Below, piece by piece: positions 13,353-26,100 of a stretch of 64,000 bases of DNA. The stretch lies in the NCBI GenBank assembly GCA_964016885.1, contig OZ024740.1, forward strand, positions 291,772,001 through 291,836,000, in the 5' to 3' direction. The translations under genes and the position numbers were made by a program. This DNA comes from Eledone cirrhosa (taxonomy: Eukaryota). Position 1 is the first letter of the stretch; each line of letters begins with the position of its first letter. The notes beneath the pieces were generated by a model. That model saw only the letters and a program-made list of their open reading frames with translations, was not told where the DNA came from and ran no database searches.

Positions 13353-13550
13353 CTCATTAGCATTTAAACTGGCCATATTCGGACAAAATTGTTTCACTGC
13401 TTTCTGTTCAAACCAACTGCTCATATTTATGTTAAGGTATTGTTCTCAAAATGAACAATATCAAAATCTCATACATTCGATATTATGTGAGATAAAGTGT
13501 TTACCATGAAAGTACAATAGTAAATATAGAATAATGTAAATGCTAAAGGG
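13353..13550. mobile_element. piggyBac-type MITE
   Basis: TTAA|ctcattagcattta ... taaatgctaaaggg|TTAA; an inverted sibling lies at 54632-54847. Confidence 0.75.
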
Positions 13551-13824
13551 TTAAAAATCCAGGTAAATTAAGCAATCTCATTGCAGCCATTAACTTAAGA
13601 GACCTGAGAGTAATGTTAACTCGGCCATTGAATAAATACATTGAAATTAAAATTCAGTAAAAGATAAAATAAGTTAAAATTGAACACATCACAGGAAATA
13701 AATTCTTTATTTAACCCCTGAAGAGGAAAATAGTGTTAATATTGACATCTACACCATGTTTTGATATCCAATTGTCATCAATTATACTCCATACTGCCAG
13801 ACTAGATTTGAACAAGAAAACTTT

Positions 13825-14155
13825 ATATCTAAACAAACAATAACACCAAATAACCATGGACACATGTATATCATCTCTAATATTAGCAAACAACACCACA
13901 TGACAGACCATAGAACAGGTATGTCATCTCTAATATTAACAATAAAACCACACGTCCATTAGACCATGGACACAGATATGTCATCTAAATAAACAATAAC
14001 ACCACATGACTATTAGACCATGGACACATGTATGTCATCTAAACAAACAATAACACCACATGTCTATTAGACCATAGACACATGTAGATCATCTCTAATA
14101 TTAACAAACAATAACACCACATGTCCATTAGACCATGTACATCATCTCTAATATT
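13825..14155. repeat. Minisatellite, ~55-60 bp unit, about 6 diverged copies
   Basis: Repeated aaacaaacaataacaccacatgt..attagaccatggacacatgtatgtcatct. Confidence 0.85.
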
Positions 14156-14185
14156 ATGGTGAATTAATTGTCTGAAGTGAAGACA

Positions 14186-14300
14186 CATGGCTGAGTGATT
14201 AGAAAATTTGATTCACAATCATGAGGTTGTGAGAGTTCAATTCTCGAACCTGGCAATGTGTTATGTCCTTGAGAAAGACACTTTATTTCACGTTGCTCCT
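14186..14300 (+). mobile_element. tRNA-derived SINE head (family B)
   Basis: A-box-like tggctgagtgat and B-box-like gagttcaattctc, then gtccttgagaaagacacttt. Confidence 0.55.
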
Positions 14301-15294
14301 CCTGCCTGGATGTGTGACCAGTAGATAGTATTAGCAATTGGAAAGACCATTAGATTTGTCCGATTTGATGAGCTCCACCCCACTCGTTAAGCAAATGAGG
14401 TCTGGGATCTTGTCAATCAATCCTTTCTTCTTCTAATTGTCTGAAAAATTATAATCTTAATTTGCTTCAAACAGGAAAGTTTTGTAGTTTGTGTTGATGA
14501 AAGTTATATAAAATAGTTTCTAAAACAATTGATTTTTACTAATTATCTGTGGAAAAAAAATAATCAAGAAAGTTAGTTTTACTTTCAGAAAATAAGTTTA
14601 TTAGATGTTTACCTTAAGTTGGAAAAATAGAGATAAACAGTTTCAGATATTTATAGAACATATTTTATTGCACACTTTTAATGTATTGATTAACTGTAAT
14701 TACAATTATAAATTGATTCAATGAATTATTCTTAATAGAGTACAAATGAGACAATCATTTAACACTTGGAAAGAAGTTTATCAGAAAACAATTTTATTTC
14801 CTGGAAAAAATATACAAAAATAAATATTTCAATATTCGTCCGAAAACAATTTTTTTTCCAATTTCTCAAAAAAACTATTTTTTTTTCTTTTTACTATTCG
14901 CTGTACATTTATGCACCATGTGCATCATTTATACACCATGTGCATCATGATTAGTTGTTTTAAAAATCTATGAAAAAATTACTTATCTATATTCTGATAG
15001 ATTTATCTAAGCAAAGATAATACATGTTTCTCTTATATCTAAGTAAAATTTCTCTGAAGAGTATTTTTTAAAACTTATTCTGACACCAAATCAATAAAGA
15101 TTTTAATAAAATATCTTCCAATAACTGATTTTTACTGCATAAAGTCTTCATTTTCTTTTCTCTCATTGCTTTGTCAGATTCATTTTTAAATCTCACCTCC
15201 ACTAACCAAAATGGCTACAGAAATGACAAAAGTCACCCAATGGTCCAGAGGGAGCAATAGGAACTAAAGAAGAGGTATTATTATTATATTTACG

Positions 15295-15490
15295 GTGAAT
15301 TGGCAGTATCGGTAGAGGGTCGGACGCCATGCTTTGATGCATAGAGTTACGGCCCTTGCCATTCTGAGTTCAAATCCCACCGAGGTTAACTTTGCCTTTC
15401 ATCCTTACGGGGGTCAATAAAATAAAGTACCAGTAATGTACTGGGTAATTGCTGGCCTTGTGCCAAAAAGTAGAAACAATTATTATATTT
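15295..15490 (+). mobile_element. tRNA-derived SINE (family A)
   Basis: tggcagtatcggtagag ... gagttcaaatccc ... core shared with the 5270 and 60372 copies. Confidence 0.8.
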
Positions 15491-16413
15491 ATTCTTATTA
15501 TTAACTAATTTATCCACAAATCTGGTTTTATAGTGTTCCTTCTTGATGACAAGTTTGGAGACATATTCAGCTCATTAGAGGTGTCAAGTATAAAGGATTA
15601 AAAACATGGTTCACTTACAGAAATTTGATCACAACTAAGTAATTTTGAAAAATTCTAAATAATGAACTTATTAACTGGATCATTTCAAAACAATTTAATC
15701 TAATATTCAGAGTGTAACATACACAATGAAATATAAATTTACCATGTAACTATAGAATTTGATTAATGATAAACAAGTTAGAAAAAAAAATTGTAATAAT
15801 TAATCAAATTTTCATTATTAGCAAGCTTCTGATTGTTAACACTAAAAAATACTATTAAAAAAATCCACTGAAAAGAAATTTCACGCTGCTTTGCACAATA
15901 AAGATTAAATTTATTTGGTTTTTTACCTTGTTCCCAGAAAATGTATTTATTTATAATAAAAATGATATATTTAAACTATAAATTGAGTGATTATTTTCAA
16001 AAACTAAAGTAAAGTAAATTCTGAGAAAATATGTTATTTCTATAAGTATTTGTGCTCAATAAAACAAGTTGAAGTTTAACAAGTTAATTAGAAGCAGGAA
16101 GAGAGCAAGATAGGAATAAAGAAACAAATAAAATTTAACAGAAATAAATTCTGTTGCATCAGTAAAGTTTATTAACAGTTATCAGCAGAAATTTTATCAA
16201 CATGTGATTAAATTATCCTGTTTTGTAGGGACAAGAAAACATGCAAAGTCCATGCAGTTATCAGAAGAATTATATACTAATGACCAAATGGAAATTAATT
16301 TAAAAATTAGCAGCAAATAATAATAAAACAATCAACATGTAATAATGCTTCATTAAATTCTAAAATAAAGTTTCCTTGAGAATTGTTTACAAAAAAAATT
16401 CAGAACGTGATAT

Positions 16414-16419
16414 TTTATT
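16414..16419 (-). terminator. Candidate proximal poly(A) signal of SEC31
   Basis: First minus-strand AATAAA noticed after the stop (~200 nt); other candidates at 16168, 15910, 14664 and 13706. Weak evidence in AT-rich DNA. Confidence 0.25.
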
Positions 16420-16617
16420 AATAAATCATGATGTCAAAAGAATATATTGATTCCAAGTCGCTAACATTCTGCCGATTCTCCTGTTTCACATATTAGCAGT
16501 TGTGTAAGCATAAGAAACTGCTAATGAGATTTCAGAGTAATGTTCAGTTCTTTTCTTGTACTTAAGGATTTATGAATAATCAGAATAAATGCAATAAAGA
16601 GTTACATTATTCATTGT

Positions 16618-16800
16618 TCACTGTACTTGAAGATTGTTTGCAGTTTGCATTAAAACTTTTAAACCTGGCATAAAGCTTCCAATTTCAGAAAAATTTCCTT
16701 GACTAATCATATGAGTATAGATTTGAAGACCTCTATCATAATCATATTGTTGCAATGACTGTACAATTTGATGTAAGCCATAAATGATGTTTTGCGACAG
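16618..16800 (-). CDS. SEC31A: Protein transport protein Sec31, last coding exon
   Basis: Acceptor tttatttcag|CTG; encodes LSQNIIYGLHQIVQSLQQYDYDRGLQIYTHMISQGNFSEIGSFMPGLKVLMQTANNLQVQ*, matching the Sec31 C-terminal helical domain (LS..I..GLH.I...NFSE...FMP.LKV). Confidence 0.95.
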   Translation of the reverse strand: MSQNIIYGLHQIVQSLQQYDYDRGLQIYTHMISQGNFSEIGSFMPGLKVLMQTANNLQVQ

Positions 16801-17029
16801 CTGAAATAAACAATAGAAAAGATGAAAGCATTTACTTAAATATATAAAAATATTATACAAAAAACAAAGGACAAAATAGTGTGCGTGAATGTATGGAGCT
16901 GTAATTTTGAAGGATTCATAGGAGCACTGTTGTGACATACAGTGTCATGGATGCTTTAAACCTCTTGGAGCCCATCGCCATGTCTGAACACAGCTAATTT
17001 CTTCCCGAGAGGGAGAGAAAGAGATATAG

Positions 17030-17160
17030 AGGAACAGTCGACCCCAATACAGGAACATTTTATTTCTTTTTATCAACCTCGAAAGTATAAAGTGCAAGTT
17101 GCCTCGGTGGTATTTGATCTCAAAGAGCAAAAGGAGCTGGAACAAATACTGTAAATCATC
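17030..17160 (-). mobile_element. SINE (family A), abutting the satellite
   Basis: gtcgaccccaatac..tttatcaacctcgaaag..aagttgcctcggtggtatttgatctc is the reverse complement of the family A core. Confidence 0.65.
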
Positions 17161-17177
17161 ACAATGATTGTGACAAT

Positions 17178-20100
17178 GGCTCACCCTGTCAATGTGTACA
17201 ACATTGGTCACCCTGTCAATGTGTACAACAACACTGGTCACCTTGTCAATGTGTACAACATAGGTCACCTTGTCAATGTGTACAACATTGGTCACCCTGT
17301 CAATGTGTACAACATTGGTCACCCTGTCAATGTGTACAACATTGGTCACCCTGTCAATGTGTACAACACTGGTCACCCTGTCAATGTGTACAACATTGGT
17401 CACCCTGTCAATGTGTACAACATTGGTCACCCTGTCAATGTGTACAACACTGGTCACCCTGTCAATGTGTACAACATTGGTCACCCTGTCAATGTGTACA
17501 ACATTGGTCACCCTGTCAATGTGTACAACATTGGTCACCCTGTCAATGTGTACAACACTGGTCACCCTGTCAATGTGTACAACATTGGTCACCCTGTCAA
17601 TGTGTACAACATTGGTCACCCTGTCAATGTGTACAACAACACTGATCACCTTGTCAATGTGTACAACACTGGTCACCCTGTCAATGTGTACAACAACACT
17701 GATCACCTTGTCAATGTGTACAACACTGGTCACCATGTCAATGTGTATAACATTGGTCACACTGTCAATGTGTACAACATTGGTCACCTTGTCAATGTGT
17801 ACAACAACACTCGTCACCTTGTCAATGTGTACAACAACACTGGTCACCTTGTCAATGTGTACAACACTGGTCACCATGTCAATGTGTACAACAACACTGG
17901 TCACCTTGTCAATGTGTACAACACTGGTCACCATGTCAATCTGTACAACATTGGTTACCCTGTCAATGTGTACAACAACACTGGTCACCTTGTCAATGTG
18001 TACAACACTGGTCACCCTGTCAATGTGTACAACACTGGTCACCTTGTCAATGTGTACAACACTGGTCACCATGTCAATCTGTACAACATTGGTTACCCTG
18101 TCAATGTGTACAACACTGGTCACCTTGTCAATGTGTACAACACTGGTCACCCTGTCAATGTGTACAACAACATTGGTCACCCTGTCAATATGTATAACAA
18201 CACTGGTCACCTTGTCAATGTGTACAACACTGGTAACCCTGTCAATGTGTACAACAACACTGGTCACCCTGTCAATGTGTACAACATTGGTCACACTGTC
18301 AATGTGTACAACAACACTGGTCACCTTGTCAATGTGTACAACATTGGTCACCTTGTCAATGTGTACAACATTGGTCACCCTGTCAATGTGTACAACATTG
18401 GTCACCTTGTCAATGTGTACAACATTGGTCACCCTGTCAATGTGTACAACACTGGTCACCCTGTCAATGTGTACAACATTGGTCACCCTGTCAATGTGTA
18501 CAACATTGGTCACCCTGTCAATGTGTACAACACTGGTCACCCTGTCAATGTGTACAACATTGGTCACCCTGTCAATGTGTACAACATTGGTCACCCTGTC
18601 AATGTGTACAACATTGGTCACCCTGTCAATGTGTACAACACTGGTCACCCTGTCAATGTGTACAACATTGGTCACCCTGTCAATGCGTACAACATTGGTC
18701 ACCCTGTCAATGTGTACAACACTGGTCACCCTGTCAATGTGTACAACAACACTGATCAGCTTGTCAATGTGTACAACACTGGTCACCCTGTCAATGTGTA
18801 CAACAACACTGATCACCTTGTCAATGTGTACAACACTGGTCACCATGTCAATGTGTATAACATTGGTCACACTGTCAATGTGTACAACATTGGTCACCTT
18901 GTCAATGTGTACAACAACACTCGTCACCTTGTCAATGTGTACAACAACACTGGTCACCTTGTCAATGTGTACAACACTGGTCACCATGTCAATGTGTACA
19001 ACAACACTGGTCACCTTGTCAATGTGTACAACACTGGTCACCATGTCAATCTGTACAACATTGGTTACCCTGTCAATGTGTACAACAACACTGGTCACCT
19101 TGTCAATGTGTACAACACTGGTCACCCTGTCAATGTGTACAACACTGGTCACCCTGTCAATGTGTACAACAACACTGGTCACCTTGTCAATGTGTACAAC
19201 ACTGGTCACCATGTCAATCTGTACAACATTGGTTACCCTGTCAATGTGTACAACACTGGTCACCTTGTCAATGTGTACAACACTGGTCACCCTGTCAATG
19301 TGTACAACAACATTGGTCACCCTGTCAATATGTATAACAACACTGGTCACCTTGTCAATGTGTACAACACTGGTAACCCTGTCAATGTGTACAACAACAC
19401 TGGTCACCCTGTCAATGTGTACAACATTGGTCACACTGTCAATGTGTACAACAACACTTCACCCTGTCAATGTGTACGACACTGGTCACCCTGTCAATGT
19501 GTAGAACAACACTGGTCACCCTGTCAATGTGTACAACAACACTGGTCACCCTGTCAATGTGTACAACAACACTGGTCACCTTGTCAATGTGTACAACGAC
19601 ACTGGTCACCTTGTCAATGTGTACAACAACACTGGTCACCCTGTCAATGTGTACAACACTGGTCATCCTGTCAATGTGTACAACACTGGTCACCCTGTCA
19701 ATGTGTACAACAACACTGGTCACCCTGTCAATGTGTACAACACTGGTCAACTTGTCAATGTGTACAACACTGGTCACCCTGTCAATGTGTACAACAACAC
19801 TGGTCACCTTGTCAATATGTACAACAACACTGGTCACCTTGTCAATGTGTACAACAACACTGGTCACCCTGTCAATGTGTACAACACTGGTCACCCTGTC
19901 AATGTGTACAAGACTGGTCACCTTGTCAATGTGTACAAGACTGGTCACCCTGTCAATGTGTACAACAACATTGGTCACCTTGTCACTGTGTACAACACTG
20001 GTCACCTTGTCAATGTGTACAACACTGGTCAACCTGTCAATGTGTACAACAACACTGGTCACCCTGTCAATGTGTACAACAACACTGGTCACCCTGTCGA

Positions 20101-23100
20101 TGTGTACAAGACTGGTCACCCTGTCAATGTGTACAAGGCTGGTCACCCCGTCAATGTGTACAACAACATTGGTCACCTTGTCACTGTGTACAACACTGGT
20201 CACCTTGTCAATGTGTACAACAACACTGGTCACCCTGTCAATGTGTACAACAGTGGTCACCCTGTCAATGTGTACAACATTGGTCAACCTGTCAATGTGT
20301 ACAGCATTGGTCACCTTGTCAATGTGTACAACAACACTCGTCACCTTGTCAATGTGTACAACACTGGTCACCTTGTCAATGTGTACAACACTGGTCACCA
20401 TGTCAATCTGTACAACATTGGTTGCCCTGTCAATGTGTACAACACTGGTCACCTTGTCAATGTGTACAACACTGGTCACCCTGTCAATGTGTACAACAAC
20501 ACTGGTCACCTTGTCAATGTGTACAACACTGGTCACCATGTCAATGTGTACAACAACACTGGTCACCTTGTCAATGTGTACAACACTGGTCACCATGTCA
20601 ATCTGTACAACATTGGTTACCCTGTCAATGTGTACAACAACACTGGTCACCTTGTCAATGTGTACAACACTGGTCACCCTGTCAATGTGTACAACACTGG
20701 TCACCCTGTCAATGTGTACAACAACATTGGTCACCTTGTCAATGTGTACAACACTGGTCACCATGTCAATCTGTACAACATTGGTTACCCTGTCAATGTG
20801 TACAACACTGGTCACCTTGTCAATGTGTACAACACTGGTCACCCTGTCAATGTGTACAACACTGGTCACCCTGTCAATGTGTACAACAACATTGGTCACC
20901 CTGTCAATATGTATAACAACACTGGTCACCTTGTCAATGTGTACAACACTGGTCACCCTGTCAATGTGTACAACAACACTGGTCACCCTGTCAATGTGTA
21001 CAACAACACTGGTCACCTTGTCAATGTGTACAACGACACTGGTCACCTTGTCAATGTGTACAACAACACTGGTCACCCTGTCAATGTGTACAACACTGGT
21101 CATCCTGTCAATGTGTACAACACTGGTCACCCTGTCAGTGTGTACAACAACACTGGTCACCCTGTCAATGTGTACAACACTGGTCAACTTGTCAATGTGT
21201 ACAGCACTGGTCACCCTGTCAATGTGTATGACACTGGTCACCCTGTCAATGTGTACAACAACACTGGTCACCTTGTCAATATGTACAACAACACTGGTCA
21301 CCTTGTCAATGTGTACAACAACACTGGTCACCCTGTCAATGTGTACAACAACACTGGTCACCCTGTCAATGTGTACAAGACTGGTCACCTTGTCAATGTG
21401 TACAAGACTGGTCACCCTGTCAATGTGTACAACAACATTGGTCACCTTGTCACTGTGTACAACACTGGTCACCTTGTCAATGTGTACAACACTGGTCAAC
21501 CTGTCAATGTGTACAACAACACTGGTCACCCTGTCAATGTGTACAACAACACGGGTCACCCTGTCGATGTGTACAAGACTGGTCACCCTGTCAATGTGTA
21601 CAAGACTGGTCACCCTGTCAATGTGTACAACAACATTGGTCACCTTGTCACTGTGTACAACACTGGTCACCTTGTCAATGTGTACAACAACACTGGTCAC
21701 CCTGTCAATGTGTACAACATTGGTCAACCTGTCAATGTGTACAGCATTGGTCACCTTGTCAATGTGTACAACAACACTCGTCACCTTGTCAATGTGTACA
21801 ACACTGGTCACCTTGTCAATGTGTACAACAACACTGGTCACCTTGTCAATGTGTACAACACTGGTCACCATGTCAATCTGTACAACATTGGTTACCCTGT
21901 CAATGTGTACAACAACACTGGTCACCTTGTCAATGTGTACAACACTGGTCACCCTGTCAATGTGTACAACAACACTGGTCACCTTGTCAATGTGTACAAC
22001 ACTGGTCACCATGTCAATGTGTACAACAACACTGGTCACCTTGTCAATGTGTACAACACTGGTCACCATGTCAATCTGTACAACATTGGTTACCCTGTCA
22101 ATGTGTACAACAACACTGGTCACCTTGTCAATGTGTACAACACTGGTCACCCTGTCAATGTGTACAACACTGATCACCCTGTCAATGTGTACAACACTGG
22201 TCACCATGTCAATCTGTACAACATTGGTTACCCTGTCAATGTGTACAACACTGGTCACCTTGTCAATGTGTACAACACTGGTCACCCTGTCAATGTGTAC
22301 AACACTGGTCACCCTGTCAATGTGTACAACAACATTGGTCACCCTGTCAATATGTATAACAACACTGGTCACCCTGTCAATATGTATAACAACACTGGTA
22401 ACCCTGTCAATGTGTACAACAACACTGGTCACCCTGTCAATGTGTACAACACTGGTCACCCTGTCAATGTGTAGAACAACACTGGTCACCTGTCAATGTG
22501 TACAACAACACTGGTCACCTTGTCAATGTGTACAACACTGGTCACCCTGTCAATGTGTAGAACAACAGTGGTCACCCTGTGAATGTGTACAACAGTGGTC
22601 ACCCTGTCAATGTGTACAACACTGGTCAACCTGTCAATGTGTACAACAACACTGGTCACCTTGTCAATATGTACAACACTGGTCACCCTGTCAATGTGTA
22701 CAACACTGGTCACCCTGTCAATGTGTACGACACTGGTCAACCTGTCAATGTGTACATCAACACTGGTCACCTTGTCAATATGTACAACACTGGTCACCCT
22801 GTCAATCTGTACAACAACACTGGTCACCCTGTCAATGTGTACAACAAGACTGGTCACCCTGTCAATGTGTACAACACTGGTCACCCTGTCAATGTGTACA
22901 ACACTGGTCACCCTGTCAATGTGTACAACAGCACTGGTCACCTTGTCAATATGTACAACACTGGTCACCTTGTCAATGTGTACATCAACACTGGTCACCC
23001 TGTCAATGTGTATAACATTGGTCACCCTGTCAATGTGTATAACATTGGTCACCCTATCAATTTGTATAACATTGGTCACCCTGTCAATGTGTACAACAAC

Positions 23101-26100
23101 ATTGGTCACCCTGTCAAAGTGTACAAGACTGGTCACCTTGTCAATGTGTACAACACTGGTCACCCTGTCAATGTGTACATCAACACTGATCACATTGTCA
23201 ATGTGTACAACACTGGTCACCCTGTCAATGTGTACAACAACACTGGTCACCCTGTCAATGTGTATAACATTGGTCACCCTGTCAATGTGTATAACATTGG
23301 TCACCCTGTCAATGTGTACAACAACATTGGTCACCCTGTCAAAGTGTACAAGACTGGTCACCTTGTCAATGTGTACAACACTGGTCACCCTGTCAATGTG
23401 TACAACAACATTGATCACATTGTCAATGTGTACAACACTGGTCATCCTGTCAATGTGTGCAACAACACTGGTCACCCTGTCAATGTCTACATCAACATTG
23501 GTCACCATGTCAATCTGTACAACATTGATCACACTGTCAATGTGTACAACAACACTGGTCACCTTGTCAATGTGTACAACACTGGTCACCTTGTCAATGT
23601 GTACAATACTGGTCACCCTGTGAATGTGTACAGCATTGGTCACCCTGTCAATGTGTACAACAACACTGGTCACCCTGTCAACGTGTACAACATTGGTCAC
23701 CCTGTCAATGTGTACAACAACACTGGTCACCCTGTCAACGTGTACAACATTGGTCACCCTGTCAATGTGTACATCAACACTGGTTACCCTGTCAATGTGT
23801 ACAACATTGGTCACCCTGTTAATGTTTACAACATTGGTCACCCTGTCAATATGTACAACACTGGTCACCATGTGAATGTGTACAACAACACTGGTCACCT
23901 TGTCAATGTGTACAACACGGGTCACCATGTCAATCTGTACAACATTGGTTACCCTGTCAATGTGTACAACAACACTGGTCACCTTGTCAATGTGTACAAC
24001 ACTGGTCACCCTGTCAATGTGTACAACACTGATCACCCTGTCAATGTGTACAACACTGGTCACCATGTCAATCTGTACAACATTGGTTACCCTGTCAATG
24101 TATACAACACTGGTCACCTTGTCAATGTGTACAACACTGGTCACCCTGTCAATGTGTACAACACTGGTAACCCTGTCAATGTGTACAACAACACTGGTCA
24201 CCCTGTCAATGTGTACAACACTGGTCACCCTGTCAATGTGTAGAAAAACACTGGTCACCTGTCAATGTGTACAACAACACTGGTCACCTTGTCAATGTGT
24301 ACAACACTGGTCACCCTGTCAATGTGTAGAACAACACTGGTCACCCTGTGAATGTGTACAACACTGGTGACCCTGTCAATGTGTACAACACTGGTCAACC
24401 TGTCAATGTGTACAACAACACTGGTCACCCTGTCAATATGTACAACACTGGTCACCCTGTCAATGTGTACAACAACACTGGTCACCCTGTCAATGTGTAC
24501 GACACTGGTCAACCTGTCAATGTGTACGACACTGGTCAACCTGTCAATGTGTACAACACTGGTCACCCTGTCAATGTGTACAACAAGACTGGTCACCCTG
24601 TCAATGTGTACAACACTGGTCACCCTGTCAATGTGTACAACACTGGTCACCCTGTCAATGTGTACAACAGCACTGGTCACCTTGTCAATATGTACAACAC
24701 TGGTCACCTTGTCAATGTGTACAACATTGGTCACCCTGTCAATGTGTACAACAGTGGTCACCCTGTCAATGTGTACATCAACACTGGTCACCCTGTCAAT
24801 GTGTACAACAACACTGGTCACCTTGTCAATATGTACAACACTGGTCACCTTGTCAATGTGTACATCAACACTGGTCACCCTGTCAATGTGTATAACATTG
24901 GTCACCCTGTCAATGTGTATAACATTGGTCACCCTATCAATTTGTATAACATTGGGCACCCTGTCAATGTGTACAACAACATTGGTCACCCTGTCAAAGT
25001 GTACAAGACTGGTCACCTTGTCAATGTGTACAACACTGGTCACCCTGTCAATGTGTACATCAACACTGATCACATTGTCAATGTGTACAACACTGGTCAC
25101 CCTGTCAATGTGTACAACAACACTGGTCACCCTGTCAATGTGTATAACATTGGTCACCCTGTCAATGTGTATAACATTGGTCACCCTGTCAATGTGTACA
25201 ACAACATTGGTCACCCTGTCAAAGTGTACAAGACTGGTCACCTTGTCAATGTGTACAACACTGGTCACCCTGTCAATGTGTACAACAACACTGATCACAT
25301 TGTCAATGTGTACAACACTGGTCATCCTGTCAATGTGTGCAACAACACTGGTCACCCTGTCAATGTGTACATCAACATTGGTCACCATGTCAATCTGTAC
25401 AACATTGATCACACTGTCAATGTGTACAACAACACTGGTCACCTTGTCAATGTGTACAACACTGGTCACCTTGTCAATGTGTACAACACTGGTCACCCTG
25501 TCAATGTATACAACATTGGTCACCTTGTCAATGTGTACAACACTGGTCACCCTGTCAATGTGTACAGCATTGGTCACCCTGTGAATGTGTACAGCATTGG
25601 TCACCCTGTCAATGTGTACAACAACACTGGTCACCCTGTCAACGTGTACAACATTGGTCACCCTGTCAATGTGTCCAACAACACTGGTCACCCTGTCAAC
25701 GTGTACAACATTGGTCACCCTGTCAATGTTTACAACATTGGTCACCCTGTCAATGTGTACATCAACACTGGTCACCCTGTCAATGTGTACAACATTGGTC
25801 ACCCTGTCAATGTTTACAACATTGGTCACCCTGTCAATATGTACAACACTGGTCACCCTGTCAATGTGTACAACAACACTGGTCACCTTGTCAATGTGTA
25901 CAACACTGGTCACCCTGTCAATGTGTACAACACTGGTCACCTTGTCAATATGTACAACAACACTGGGCACCCTGTCAATGTGTACAACAACACTGGTCAC
26001 CTTGTTAATGTGTACATCAACACTGGTCCCCCTGTCAATGTGTACAACACTGGTCCCCCTGTCAATATGCACAACACTGGTCCCCCTGTCAATGTGTACA

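Noticed and set aside
10944-14954. Short ORFs here and at 50069-56301 and 61157-61847
   Set aside because: Antisense LINE frames or low-complexity and microsatellite translations with no recognisable protein or splice support.
5270-15490. tRNA genes at the gttcaaatccc / gttcaattc motifs
   Set aside because: No cloverleaf; the motifs continue into shared SINE bodies and tails.
16801-16938. N-terminal part of ORF 16618-16938 as coding
   Set aside because: Lies upstream of the clear acceptor at 16801-16802; Sec31 similarity starts at LSQN.
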